The translations under genes and the position numbers were made by a program. DNA of 61,999 nt, the filler included, from Gonapodya sp. JEL0774 (lineage: Eukaryota): NCBI GenBank assembly GCA_027604505.1. It is 8 parts of 8 records of this genome, joined end to end, with 100 filler letters (N's around TTAATTAATTAA, not from the genome) between each part and the next. Parts side by side here need not be neighbours in the genome. Positions count along the whole stretch, not along the records: positions 31,273 to 38,898 come from JADIIX010000490.1; positions 38,999 to 46,604 come from JADIIX010000491.1; positions 46,705 to 54,309 come from JADIIX010000492.1; 5 more parts are not named here. One strand, 5' to 3'. A model generated the notes under the pieces. It had not been told where the DNA came from. It was given only the letters and a program-made list of their open reading frames with translations, and did no database searches. Position 1 is the first letter of the stretch. Every line of letters begins with the position of its first letter. Positions 36,575-49,223 of the stretch are shown piece after piece.

Positions 36575-38898
36575 ATGCTTCTCCGATCTTCCCTCTCGCG
36601 TGCGCTCGCCAAGGTGAGTCTGCTGCGTCCAATAGAGGCTTGACGGTACCATTGGAAGCTTTGTTTCCGTTCCCATATGGTTGGGAAGTGGGGCATCACT
36701 TCTGAGGTTCGCTGGATAACTGGGTGGGACTGCCACATGGAAATGAAGGCAAATTCCATTCCGGACAATCATCGCCGGTTGAAGTTCCTTTCGGAGGGCG
36801 TGTGTTTGCGGGTGTTGACGGACAAACAAAAACGTATCACGTAAAACGGTGTCGAGAGATGCCTTTCTCCTTCATCAACGGTCAGCCCGAGATTCAAATA
36901 CTCAGTCTCTTCCCCCACCCTTTCATTCGCACCTGAACCCCCGTCCTCGGTCCCCATCCATTATCCGTATCTGTTTCCATGAACACCCACCACCACCATA
37001 CAACCCCAAAGGGCAACCGCTCCATGGCCACGGTCGCCAAGGACTCCAAAGTCGCACTTTCTGCCTTCGATAGCGACAAATACATCAATTATGGCAAGAT
37101 GGAGGCGAACCTCAAGGTCGTGCGGGATCGGTAAGTATTCGTGGAATGGCGGAGAACCGGGGGCACCGGATGGGAGCTTTCTAGCGGTAGATAAAAATGG
37201 TGGAGCTTGTGACTCATCATGTCAGTGGAGTCGTGCCAAGAGCCGCGGGAGACACCCTTGAGGATTGCCTCCAGTTCAGTCATGTGGAGACCCCGCCACA
37301 CAACTCATTAACATGGACTTCACTCTCGGCGTTCGAATCTCTCTTGACTCTCCTCCACTGCACCACCTCATGAATTTGTCTCCATATCCTTGTAGTCTCC
37401 AACACCCCCTCACCCTTGCCGAAAAGATTGTCTATGGCCACCTCGATGACCCGGTCAACCAAGACATCGAGCGTGGTACCTCTTACCTCAAATTGAGGCC
37501 CGATCGTGTCGCGTGCCAAGATGCGACAGCACAGGTGCGTTAGGGTGTTCTGGCATTTTGTGGAGGGAGGCGTTAGCGTTTCGTGCTGCAAGGCAACATG
37601 CAGAATCTTCTCAACTGTATCGCTCACCCCTGCTCTAACTGATTGCTCTTTTACCCAGATGGCTATCCTCCAATTCATGTCGGCCGGCCTACCCACGGTC
37701 GCCGTCCCAACCACCGTCCACTGCGATCACCTCATTGAAGCCCAAAAGGGCGGCGCGCTCGACTTGGCCCGTGCCAACGACATCAACAAGGAGGTATATG
37801 ATTTCCTTGCCTCGTCCACGGCCAAGTACGGTATCGGATTTTGGAAGCCCGGCTCCGGTATCATCCACCAGATCGTCTTGGAAAACTACGCATTTCCTGG
37901 TGGGATGATGATTGGAACCGACTCGCACACCCCCAATGCTGGTGGCTTGGGTATGGTGGCCGTCGGTGTGGGCGGTGCCGACGCGGTGGACGTCATGTCC
38001 GGGTTGCCCTGGGAGCTCAAGTGTCCCAAGGTGATTGGTGTGAAACTGACGGGCAAGTTGAGTGGGTGGACGTCGGCGAAAGGTGAGTAGCTGTGGTTGC
38101 TTCAGTGGTCATGTGGGTGGTGCATGTACGGGAGCTCAACGCAATTCCTGATTCGCAATCCCTCTTTCCCCCGCAGACGTCATCCTCAAAGTCGCCGGTA
38201 TCCTCACCGTCAAGGGCGGTACTGGCGCCATCGTTGAATACTTCGGCCCCGGTGTGGACTCTCTCTCCTGCACGGGCATGGCCACCGTGTGCAACATGGG
38301 AGCCGAAATCGGCGCCACCACGTCTCTCTTCCCTTTCAACGGACGTATGAAAGATTACCTCGCGGCCACCAACAGGAGCGCGATTGGTGCACTGGCAGAG
38401 TCGTGGGCCCATAACTTGAAGGCTGATGAGGGGGCGAAGTGAGTTTCAGAACCGCTGGAAGCGGCAGTCCCTGAGCAACACCTTATGATCCGTCACTCAC
38501 CCCTTCTGCAACCTCCCCATAAGATACGACCAAATCATTGAGATTGACTTGTCCACTCTCGAACCCCACATCAACGGCCCCTTCACCCCGGACCTTGCCA
38601 CTCCCCTTTCGAAATTCGCCTCCACCCTTGAGAAATCCGGATGGCCCGCCGAACTGAAGGTCGGTCTCATCGGATCCTGCACCAACTCATCGTACGAGGA
38701 CATGGCCCGCTCGGCGAGCTTGGCGGAGCAGGCGATGGCTGCTGGATTGAAAGCCAAGGCTGGTTTCACGATCACGCCGGGGTCGGAGCAGATCAGGGCC
38801 ACAATTGAGAGAGAGTGAGTCCAACGAATAAATTTTCGTTTGCTGGTTGATTCCGGCTTGTGTGCCGTTTATTGATTTAGCATCGGTTTGGACTCTTT
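36575..38898 (+). CDS. ACO1: Mitochondrial aconitate hydratase, 3' partial
   Basis: Presequence exon [13 protein letters not shown] (36575-36613); [51 protein letters not shown]. Confidence 0.97.
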
Positions 38899-38998
38899 NN
38901 NNNNNNNNNNNNNNNNNNNNNNNNNNNNNNNNNNNNNNNNNNTTAATTAATTAANNNNNNNNNNNNNNNNNNNNNNNNNNNNNNNNNNNNNNNNNNNN

Positions 38999-39270
38999 AG
39001 TGACTTCATCCTCGACGCCCTTCTTCTCGATGAACGCCGTCACCAAAAACACTCCATAGACATCCTTCATCGCCATTTTCAGACTCTCCTTGTCGGTGCT
39101 ATCGCCCTTGAAAACTTCGACACCGGATTTTGCAAGTTTTTGAGCTGATTCGGATGACGGATTCCTCGTGATGGTGCGGAACGAGAACTTGTCCGAGTGA
39201 TTCGATTGCAGTGCTCGGAGGCAGGCGCCACCTTGCTTGCCAGTGGCCCCGATGATGAGAAGCTTTCATG
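38999..39270 (-). CDS. NmrA-like NAD(P)-binding protein, paralog, partial at contig edge
   Basis: LLIIGATGKQGGACLRAL...TITRNPSSESAQKLAKSGVEVFKGD; close to the 40054-41460 gene. Start codon not resolved. Confidence 0.8.
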
Positions 39271-40053
39271 AAGGGATGATGAATGGAACGAGTCAGAAAT
39301 GGTTTCTCGAACAGTGACTTCGAAGCACGAGTTTTGACTCAGCCGGCCACGAAGGTACCGGTTGATCGAGAGCTGCTTATTCACCCCATGGGAGACAGCG
39401 GATAATTCACTCACAGTTCGCTTCGTTTCAGACATAAAATCAGGGTATTCGTTGATCTCTGAGAATCCAATGACCGACTGGAGAAACAGGAGATGAGTGA
39501 TGAACAATAAGTATTGTCACCTCAGGGGAATATATGAGATTTATCCGACTAAAGCAAATCTTCAGTGGCCATACGCAACCGAGTGACGTAGTCAAAAGTC
39601 AATTCAGGGTATCCCCAGGAAGACATGAAACGCAAGCTCGCACAGCTAATATTCGAACTCAAACTTTAATAAATTTTCACATCTGGCTCTGGTTTGTGAA
39701 GCATGCAGTGTGCACCGTTCAGATAGTGTCGTGGTACTAATATTCCTCAAATCACGAGTGTGGATCTGATGTTTGTAGGGTTGGACCCAGGCGCGGACTC
39801 GTTCTGTTGATCGCAACCGTGATCCATGCCATCATTGCACGAGGTACTTAGTCATTCTCATGTACACTACACGACTAGAACTCAGCGCCCTGCCTGCATA
39901 TTTACACGGAGATAACATAATTGACTGAAGGTGAACTTTTGAGTCGAGAGGTGCAGTCGGAGTGGGGATTAGAAGAAATTGCAATTGATCATTACAGATG
40001 GATGAAACGCTTTTTGGAATCTGTTCAAATGGCATCTTGCTACTAGATCAAGG

Positions 40054-41460
40054 TCAAGCATTCCTGCCATAAATCCACCATCCGGCCGCAACACCTGCCA
40101 GCGCCACCAAGACACCGCCCACATACAGTCCCCAAGGTCTCGGCTGCTTAAACTTGTACCTGTTGACTCCCTTGGGGATGTTGTCCACACCAAGCGAGGA
40201 GAGATAGTCGGAGAACGACTGCAGATTGGGTTTGAGAGTGCGCAGTGAAGGGATATCGGCCTAACGACAAAATGAATAATCACATATAACTCATTCCCGG
40301 CAGCTAGAGTCCATAGATGGTGCAAGGATGGACTCGGGAACTCACTTTGCATCCTTCCTGCTCAAAGAAGATCTCCATCTTGTAAAAATCAAATGAGAGG
40401 AACCGGAGCGCCCACGTCGGCATTAACTGAGAGTATGTCCATGGTAAGCCAGTTTTCGTTGAAAGCACTTTCGCCATCCCAATTCCGGTCAGTTCATCCC
40501 CTGCAATCTCGGTTTCTTTTCCGCGGAACAGCTTGGGGTTGGTGAAAGCCAGCGCCGCGAATTCCCCAATATCCTTCACAGAAATGAGTTGGAGCAGAGT
40601 GTTTGAGGGTATCAGGAACGAGAGGCTTCCCTGGGTGAGTGGACCAAAAAGCTCGAGGTTCTCCATGAACGCGACGGGGCGGAGAATCGCGTAGCCATCC
40701 GCCCAAGCTTTCGACTTGAGATATTGCTCAATGCGGTGCTTAGATCCAAAATGCGGTACTTCTCTGGCGAATGAAGGCCGTTTAATGTGTCAACAACGTA
40801 CTATTCCTCAGAACAATTCACGGTAGCGTGAAGCTATTGATCACATACCTTCCAAGTTCTGTTGTCAGACCGCCCACAGAAGTAAAAACAATGTATTTCA
40901 CACCAGCAGCAACAGCTGAAGGTACAATTCAATGACCCGAGAAGAGTCCTTGGTTGTGAGCCGAATCGCAGTTAGAGGACAGTGCCATCAAGCAGGCATT
41001 CTTACCTGCATCAATAACGGTAATTCCCTTCAGAGAGAAAATGGAAGATGAAAAGATGCGAAAGCGGTGAAGCCGGTCCAACGGACAAACCTGGGTGACC
41101 TCTCCTTCGATGCCGCCTTTACCGTCAAACGTAGTCACCAGAAAGACTCCATAGAAATCCTTCATCGCCACCTTCAGACTGTCACCATCTGTAGCATCAC
41201 CTTTTAGAACCTGTACACCTGTAGCTGCGAGCTTCTGCGCCGCGGCGGAGGTTGGATTCCTCGTCACAGTGCGAAAGGAGAATACATTCGAGTGAGTCGA
41301 TTGCAGAGCTTGGAGGCAGGCACCGCCTTGTTTTCCCGTGGCTCCAAAGATTAATAGCTGTGGAACGGACGATTATAATGAGGGAAGCGCCGATTCATGT
41401 TTCCCAACGCTGCCACGACAACTATCGTCGCCCGCTCACCGTTTTCTTGAGTTCAGCCAT
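40054..41460 (-). CDS. NmrA-like (atypical SDR) protein with a C-terminal hydrophobic anchor
   Basis: IFGATGKQGG, VFTSVGG, PHFGSKHRIEQYL, ILRPVAFMEN, LISVKDIGEFAA; last exon ends WGLYVGGVLVALAGVAAGWWIYGRNA*. Confidence 0.9.
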
Positions 41461-41898
41461 GAGTTCTCACAGCAATTCAAAAGGCGAGCAAATGCGATTG
41501 TTCCCTTCACTTCACGGCTTTCGTGTATATTTCTTCAATCGGCTCGGCAGGAAAGGTACAGTCACACCCTGCACGTGATCGGGTTTGCGCAGCCACCGCT
41601 GATTATCAAACTACACAGTTCCACCACAAATCGCACGGCTGACTTCCCGCAACATTGCTTCAGTTTCCTACTATTCTTACAGAGACTGTCGGCAAGTCAA
41701 ACTGATGCATCGATTCACTCTCGGAGTGCACTCGAGGATTTTGAAAGGGGAAATGAAAGTAGAAATTGGTAGTGAATCGCAGAGCTGGTGTAAAGTGCTC
41801 AACGAATTGTGTTTTTACATCGGTGAACTGGACGTTCACTTCTTCCATCATTTGTCGACATTGGCGATCGAACGCCGACTCTCCTTCCTCCGTCCTCG

Positions 41899-43254
41899 AT
41901 GATGGCACCTCGCAAGCTCTTAATAGATACCGATCCGGGTATCGACGACTTTCTCGCCCTTGTGCTTCTGTTCTGTAGCCCACCCGAGGAGCTCGCTATT
42001 GTTGGTATTCTCACATGCATTGATACCACGAACTGTCCCCTGAACCGATCATAACTGCATTTCACGATACCTAGCTCGGAGTAACTATCGTCCACGGGAA
42101 CTCTACGGACTTGATGATGATGGCTCGTAACGTCTGCTTCGCGATGCAACTTTGCAATGTCACAGGAGTGCCAGTCGTACTCGGAGCCGCGACACCGCTG
42201 GTGAGCTGACAAAGGAGTTCCCTCGCAGTTGATGTAAGATAACTGTATTGCCATTGGGACTATCTCAATATCCCCGAGAAGATTCCAGACTTCCCCGACC
42301 CTCCTTCGCTGCCGACCTGTCATCCTCTCATCCACGGCGAAGGTCTCCTTGGAGGGGTTGAAGTTCCTGCAGACGTTGACGTGTCTCCTCTTCGGAATTC
42401 GTGGAATGCATCTGGCACGAGTGACGGCACTCCTCCGGCCGCAAAGTTCATTGCCGAAACCGTCGCGAACAACGACGGTGAAGTGACTTTACTCACTCTT
42501 GGTTCATTCACAAATATGGCTCTTGCTGCACGCTGGTGGAAAGAGGCAGGTTGTGCTGGGTCTTTTGGAAACGCTCTCTCTTCTGTTTGTGAGTCGAGTT
42601 CCTTCCTTGTGCGATTACAGGGTTGTCCTATTCAACCATTCAGTACCCTCATCGCAAGACTCAATGGCTGGAGCTCTCCACTCGCACCCTAATGCCCTTG
42701 GTAACCGACTTCTCTGGTCTGAAGCGAACATTGTGGACGATCCTCTGGCTGCACAGGAAGCTCTCTGGATCCCGCGCGCGGAAGCAGTTCCACATTACCT
42801 CATTCCACTGGATGTTACAAACCGTATTGGAGTTACGCCTGACTTTGCAAAGCAGCTTGCACATGCACTAGAGGTCCACGGGCACACTGCACGTCTTGGA
42901 GGTACCTTGCAAGCCATGTTGACGCACTACAGCACAGCCTTGACAACACTTGGTAGCCCTCCACCGCACGGATTTCACGACCCCGCTGCTGCCTTATTCC
43001 TACTCGAACCTGAATTATTCGCGCCAGCTGTTTCAGTCAGTGTGGATGTGGAGGTTCGAGGTACTCTGACGCCCGGGGCAACCATTGCTGATTGGAGGGG
43101 TCGGTGGGGTCGGAAGAAAAATGTCATGGCAGTTCTGGACCTGGGACTTGGGGGTGACGTGGCAGTTCTGAACCGATATGTGGACAGGTTGCGCGGATGG
43201 GCAATGTCCACATTAGGTCCACATCAGCCGTCAGGCACAGTGATTCGAGAGTAA
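41899..43254 (+). CDS. Inosine/uridine-preferring nucleoside hydrolase family protein
   Basis: IDTDPGIDD, VHGN, IHGEG, TLGSFTNMA, EANIVDDPLAA, IPLDVT, FHDP; three introns. Confidence 0.92.
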
Positions 43255-43402
43255 AGCCGTAGGTTCAGACTGGAGATTGCAGTCAGTCAACCTTGTAGAC
43301 CAAGTACAATGTATCGGAGCTTATGCCAGCATCAGGCTAATTTTATGTGATCACCAATCAGTGAAATCTCATAACTCAATGTCCTCAAATTTGATACGTA
43401 CT

Positions 43403-44263
43403 TCAATGAGACCGTACCCTAATACGACTCAAATACAAACTACCGAACATATCCAACTTTGAGCACGCTTCACAATTGTCACCGTTTGTCGGCCCACAAT
43501 ACCCATCACACCCCTCCACCCCTTCCAGAACCCTTCGCCCACAATAAAACAAGCCCGTCGCCCCTTTCCTCGCAGTAGCACCATCGCTATTCACCAAGTA
43601 ACCGGGCGCAAGACGTCTCGCTTGTACTGTGAGTTTCATGCACGCCCTGCAGCAGCATCCCGCAGTGGGCCCACAAGTCCCATCGCAGCACTGACAGGTG
43701 ATATCCAATCGACCACGACAGTAGAAGACTCCTGTCACTCCTAGTCTGGCCGGTCGGCCATTACCATTGGTGGAAGTGGCGATGGGGTCGTGAACGACTG
43801 GTTGAGACTGGTGGGACTCGGAGCTGCCGCCACTAGTGTGGTGCTTTGTAAACGTGCTGAGCATGTCCTTCCAGTGGTCGTCGGCAATGTGCTTTACCAG
43901 CTGCTCCTGATTCCCTCGAAACTCACAGTCCGGTTTCGGACAATCTCTCACTATCTCTGGGCATCCTGCCTTGTGATCCTCCAGATCGCCCCTCTGTACG
44001 GTCCGTTTACACCCTTCGCAATCCACCGGTATCTTGGCGATGATCCTCCTCACATAGCCATTCGAATGCGCCTCGAAAGGCTCTGCGCGGCAGGTGGGGC
44101 AAGAATCGACCCGATCCGCGCACGCTTGGCAAAAGATGGCTGAGCAGTCGTTGCATTCGACGGCCGCAGTGCAGACCGAGAGGCAGATGGGGCAGTCCCA
44201 GTCTTGTGTGATTGTTAAAGGCTTCGAAACGCCAGGGAGAACTTCCGGTGCCGTGGCGAGCAT
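43403..44263 (-). CDS. Intronless RING + TRAF/Sina-type zinc-finger protein with two Cys-rich C-terminal repeats (probable E3 ligase)
   Basis: CPIC...C..C...FC..C......CPTCR; CEGC...H...C; C....C...H....H; two FYC...CDG.CGP..G..C.AC repeats. Confidence 0.85.
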   Translation of the reverse strand: MLATAPEVLPGVSKPLTITQDWDCPICLSVCTAAVECNDCSAIFCQACADRVDSCPTCRAEPFEAHSNGYVRRIIAKIPVDCEGCKRTVQRGDLEDHKAGCPEIVRDCPKPDCEFRGNQEQLVKHIADDHWKDMLSTFTKHHTSGGSSESHQSQPVVHDPIATSTNGNGRPARLGVTGVFYCRGRLDITCQCCDGTCGPTAGCCCRACMKLTVQARRLAPGYLVNSDGATARKGATGLFYCGRRVLEGVEGCDGYCGPTNGDNCEACSKLDMFGSLYLSRIRVRSH

Positions 44264-45336
44264 AAGGAGATTCAGTTTTCCTTCTTCGTGTTTGCTGAGA
44301 TTGAGTATGCGTACCGAGTTCCGTGGCCTGTCTGCAGCGTGTCAGTGTCCCTTTGACTCGGCCACAGTCACAATCAATGTCCACGGAGTAACTTTTCCAC
44401 TTCCTGCTTCAGCAGAGGAATAGCTTTGTATTCACTTTTGTCTGTGAACGCATCGAACATGCAGATAGCGCTTAGACGAAAGACCATGGGAACGTATTAT
44501 GTATAATATTCAGGCTCTGATGCGTCTTCGCACATTATCATAGCTCAAGAGTGCTAACCCTACTTATACACACATTGAAGTGTCGACAACTATATGAAAG
44601 TGTGCTCTACAGATGCACAGCAGCGCTCTATGAATGACTAGACATTATGTAACACAGTGGTTTCTGACAGTGTCACGGTACTGGGGCCAAGGACACAGTA
44701 ATTTTCTCTTGCTGGAAACATTTAGAGTGGATATCAATTGTTGATCCATCACTAGAACCCATGCTGTCAAAGTAGCCTTTATTGCTTGCACGTTACCAAC
44801 AGCTTTTGTCGACTTGCATTACTGTTAAGGGGCGAGGATTGTCGAGAACCCTCTTGAGTAACCTCAACAGTGACGCACAAAGAGCTAAAGCGATTGTGAA
44901 AGGGTGAAGGACTCATGCGTGGACGGGCGGGTGATAGAGGGGACAGTTGGACAGAGTCGGATGACGTCAGGCAGACTCAATCACCCTGCCGCCCAGCCGC
45001 ACAAGAGTCTGACTGGGTGTCAGTGAAATGGCAGCTTGCCAGAATCACAACATGGCACGTGGGAATTGCGCCCGTGACTTTGACAGAGAAGGTGTACAGG
45101 AGCAGAGTACCAACACGCTCAAGGACGTGAACGGGAGCCGCCTGTCAAAAAGCATTTGAGCGGAACGGGGAACGCAGGACACAGGAAACACAGGAAACAC
45201 AGAAACACAGAAACAATTTGGTGTTTCGTTGGGGCAAAGATCCAAGCAGGTGGAGTGTGCACCTAGTGTCACGATTCGTTGTGCGTATTCCCACACTCGC
45301 CATCTGCCCACAGGCAGCAGCATCGACTCGGCAGCA

Positions 45337-46604
45337 ATGGTGAGGAAGGGGACACGGACGGGCACGGGGACAGCAGAGGACAGAAGGAGTGGAGTGGAGT
45401 GGGGGAGACTGTGGCGGCGTGGCTGCGGGGGATGGATGGATGTGGGGGAACCGCAGACGGAGACAGGACAAGGCGCCATACTATTTATGAATGGGGGACA
45501 GCGACACCGAGGGAGGACGACAACACGCGGACACGGACGACAACAGGTTAAACGCAGGAGTCGAGTATTCGATGAAAATCAATGAAAAGCAGCGACTGGA
45601 CGGACGGACGGGGGCAGAGTCGGTCTGGACTGTTTGGACGCACTCGCCATGCCGTGACCCTCTTTCGTCTCATCCGCACCCCCCACCTGTCGTCCCCCTT
45701 TCCTCCCTACACCCCGCATCCTTCTCCCGCTTCCCAACCACAAAAGGTCAACGTCCCCAAAGTCCGAAACACCTACTGCAAGGGCAAGACCTGCCAAAAG
45801 CACACACCCCACAAGGTGTCCCAATACAAGAAGGGAAAGGACTCCTTGTTCGCGCAGGGTACGTATGTCGGATCGTGGTCGTGCTTGTCCGATGCGTTGG
45901 TTTGAGGAGGGATTGTGGGAGATGGAGAGCGGAATTCAAGGGAACGGGAACTGTCGAACGGAACACTGTGAAATCGGGGTTTGAGGAATCCGAACTGGCG
46001 AATCGCGAATCGGGGACCGTGGAATGGCGAATAGGCCTTGGCGTGCATTTACGTTCGTGTGTACCGGGACGCATATTCCGCGACCACAACGCGGCGCTCC
46101 CGACACCGCGGACACGGAGGAGCATTCGACCCACAGGATTCCCTGCTGCCCCTGTCTCAGACTCCACTGCTTCCATATTTCTCGTCGTTCGTCTCGTTTC
46201 GCCGACTGTGAGACTGAACGTTTCATGGGACTCGGACGCCGCGATGACTGTGGCCTCGTGGCTCGGGACAGGAGTGGCGAGCAGTACACTGGCGACCGAA
46301 GACCGGCGATGTGTGATTTGTGGGACCAGATTCGTATGCGTCGTCGGTGCAACGCCCCATCATTTGGCGATTGACGACTGGTGGTGACCTTATTGCACCT
46401 TTGGTACCGGTGTCCGTCTTACTCTTCCCACCCGTCGTTCCCCAAACCCCCAACCCCCCAACCCCCCTTCTCTCACCGCCCTCCAGGTAAGCGCCGTTAC
46501 GACCGCAAGCAATCCGGCTACGGTGGGCAGACCAAGCCCGTGTTCCACAAGAAGGCCAAGACCACGAAAAAGGTCGTGTTGCGATTAGAATGCAACGTGT
46601 GCAA
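45337..46604 (+). CDS. RPL42: 60S ribosomal protein eL42 (L44/L36a), 3' partial
   Basis: ATG micro-exon 45337-45339; [66 protein letters not shown]. Confidence 0.97.
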
Positions 46605-47118
46605 NNNNNNNNNNNNNNNNNNNNNNNNNNNNNNNNNNNNNNNNNNNNTTAATTAATTAANNNNNNNNNNNNNNNNNNNNNNNNNNNNNNNNNNNNNNNN
46701 NNNNCCACGAAGGTCACCTTGCGCACGATAATATTATTATTTACATAAGGTCATGTAACATGTTGGTTTCTAGAGCACTGTTGTGATGCTACCTGCATGT
46801 TTATTAACCGTGGGTCATGACCTGCCATTGGTGACCCATGACCCATGGTGCGCAGACTGTGTAGCCCGACGACCCTTGTACGCACGATCAGAAATCAAGT
46901 TTCAACACTACGACCTTCACTCGCTTCATTCACTCCTCTCAAGGACCCTCAGTTTACATCATGATCAGTATTGATCCAATCATCTAAATCGGCGAATTGA
47001 GATATAAAGTCGCTATCAGCACTGAAAACACCAGTTGTGGTTTCGCTATTAGCGCTCAAAGCACTGTTCCTGCTTGCACCTATTGTGCCGACATATTCAT
47101 TGAACGCCAGTGATTAAA

Positions 47119-48750
47119 TCAAGCAAGATGCGGAGAAAACACACCAGAGGAAATTCTCAACCCAGCGAGCACATCGCTTAGTTTATTGATTATTTCAACT
47201 GGATTCTCTGTCACGTTGCAAATGGCTAGTTACCAAGCTTGTCAGATTGTTGAAATATACTGCACTTACCAAGAGTTGTGCGGCTAAATTCGTTGTAACC
47301 CACAAGACCCTCTACCTCCAGAAACGTGTACCACCTTCTCTTAACATTGTTGTCATTCACAGAACGTATTGTTCTATCGTGTCTGATACGCCAAGCGCTC
47401 GCGTCGCGTCTGTCTACAAAGGAATCCATCATTTTTCACAATCAGTCAAGCACAACGATCGTTCGGTACCTTCTGTTGTAAAAGTATCGCTTGCAGTCAA
47501 GGTCAATTCTGGTAGAGGATTATGCTTGTTCTTCATGGCGAGATTCACCTCAGACGCCGCGAGTTCCAAGGCACGTTTTACGTCTCCCTCATAGAGATTT
47601 GTGCCGCCGATCTGTTTAAACTCCGTGACGACATTAAACCACCCTGCACTGACTGCAAGTTCCAACGCTGTCTTCAGACCAAAACCACCTCCGGCTACTT
47701 CGACTCGGAAGTCCGTCCTGATCTCTTCTCTCTCCATCAAAAGCCTTACGATGCCCGCATTCCCAACCGATGCTGCACACATCAGAGCCGACCAGCCTTC
47801 CTTATTTCTGATGTTGATATCAGCTTTCTTTTGTATCAAATACTCCACCACATTGAAGTAATGATGGTTTGCGCTGAACGTCAAAGCCGTATCCCCGTCT
47901 CCGTCCGTCTCGTTAAGCAGACCAGGTTTACGGGAGTGCATGAACTTAACAAGACCTGCGTTTCCACTTTTTGCTGAAGCGAACCAAAACAGTCGCGCTA
48001 TATCATTCTTCGTCGGGTCACGCAGGACTTCATCAATTTCATATTTCGCGCTGTTGTTGTCTTTGCATCTGTCCACAAACTTGTAAATTTCGTCTTGGCT
48101 CCCGAGCATTTTGTAACTGGGTATTTTGTCTACTAAAAGTAAAGTGAAGTTGAGCTCGTTCCCTTGGAAAGACTATCCCTACATGTTTTCTTGACTTGCT
48201 TCCTCTTCTTTCTAGCAGATGGAGGCATTCCACTTGACTGTTCAGAATCGGTGCTCACGTCCATCGGGGCCCAGAGTACAGGAACGCCTTCAAAATACTG
48301 AGACGAAGCCAGGTTCGTCGTAAGTTGTGTCGAACCAAATGGTGGTTGTGCCGTGTTCTGCACTCGGATCACTTGTGGTGGCCGTAGATACTAGAGAGCT
48401 CGAGAATGTCACAAGACACCAGAGTAAATCCGGTGGGTAGAAGACTCACTTCTTTCGCAACAAAATTGAGAATAGCATTCTCGAGGTCTTCTCGTTTTGG
48501 CCTCTTGTGCGTTTTCACCATATAATCATCCAATTGCTCAGTTTTAAGGTCTTTATGAAACCCAAGGTTGGTGAAGTCTAGAAAAGTCAGAGAAGACACG
48601 CGATTGCGAACCTTTGCCATTTCGTAGCCACTTTTTCTTGCAATAACAGCAGAGAACCATCATCAATTTCTCTTTACCATCTTCATCTGGTCCACGTACA
48701 CATTCCACATCTCCAACCAATTTGCGAAATTCAACGTGTAAGGGTGGCAT
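47119..48750 (-). CDS. Multi-exon ankyrin-repeat protein with an N-terminal CxxC motif and a basic NLS-like stretch
   Basis: DGDTALTFSA...VVEYLIQKKADINIRNKEGWSALMCAASVGNAGIVRLL; ARKKRKQVKK; GT-AG junctions link the ORF pieces. The first intron is very short and uncertain. Confidence 0.75.
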
Positions 48751-48784
48751 GAGAGGATTGCTGGAAATCAGCTTGTTGCGGGTT

Positions 48785-48932
48785 TTCCGGGTTCGATCTC
48801 GCTGGTCGGGTTCAATTTCGCGGGTCGGTTTTCGATTTCGCAGGTCGCGTTTGATTTCGGGGGTCGGTTTTCGATTTCGCTGATCGGTTTTCGATTTCGC
48901 TGGTCGGGTTCGATTTCGCTGTGGATTTCGCG
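48785..48932. repeat. Minisatellite, about 7 copies of a 19-20-bp unit
   Basis: Consensus ggtcggttttcgatttcgc, head-to-tail with no spacers. Confidence 0.9.
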
Positions 48933-49223
48933 GGGGCTGAGCCACAACATCCAAGATAAAACATCATGCTGATCTCACAGAAACACTCGGTCACCGCTGA
49001 TTATCAACTTCATCCAACATGCTCTCGATTCGGCCGGCTTCTGAGGATGCTGTTGAACAGGTTTCCGCGGTAACTATTTCGGTTATACAAATCTGCAGGG
49101 TTCTTACAGTGCTTTTGTGGCTCCTCCAAGGCGTCGAATGGACTCGCTGACACTGCCGTCCAGGTAGCAAGTCCCCCGACTGACCCGGGACATCAACTCA
49201 AACAGCAACAACCGACATCACGC

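Noticed and set aside
36202..36768. 188-aa minus-strand ORF
   Set aside because: Overlaps the ACO1 upstream region, first exon and intron; no motif.
45340..46486. Possible snoRNAs in the long RPL42 introns
   Set aside because: No convincing C/D or H/ACA box pair with a terminal stem seen by eye; an Infernal/snoscan search would be needed.
48785..48932. CRISPR-like appearance of short repeats (also 30530-30762, 61647-61722)
   Set aside because: Head-to-tail repeats without unique spacers, no cas genes, eukaryotic context.
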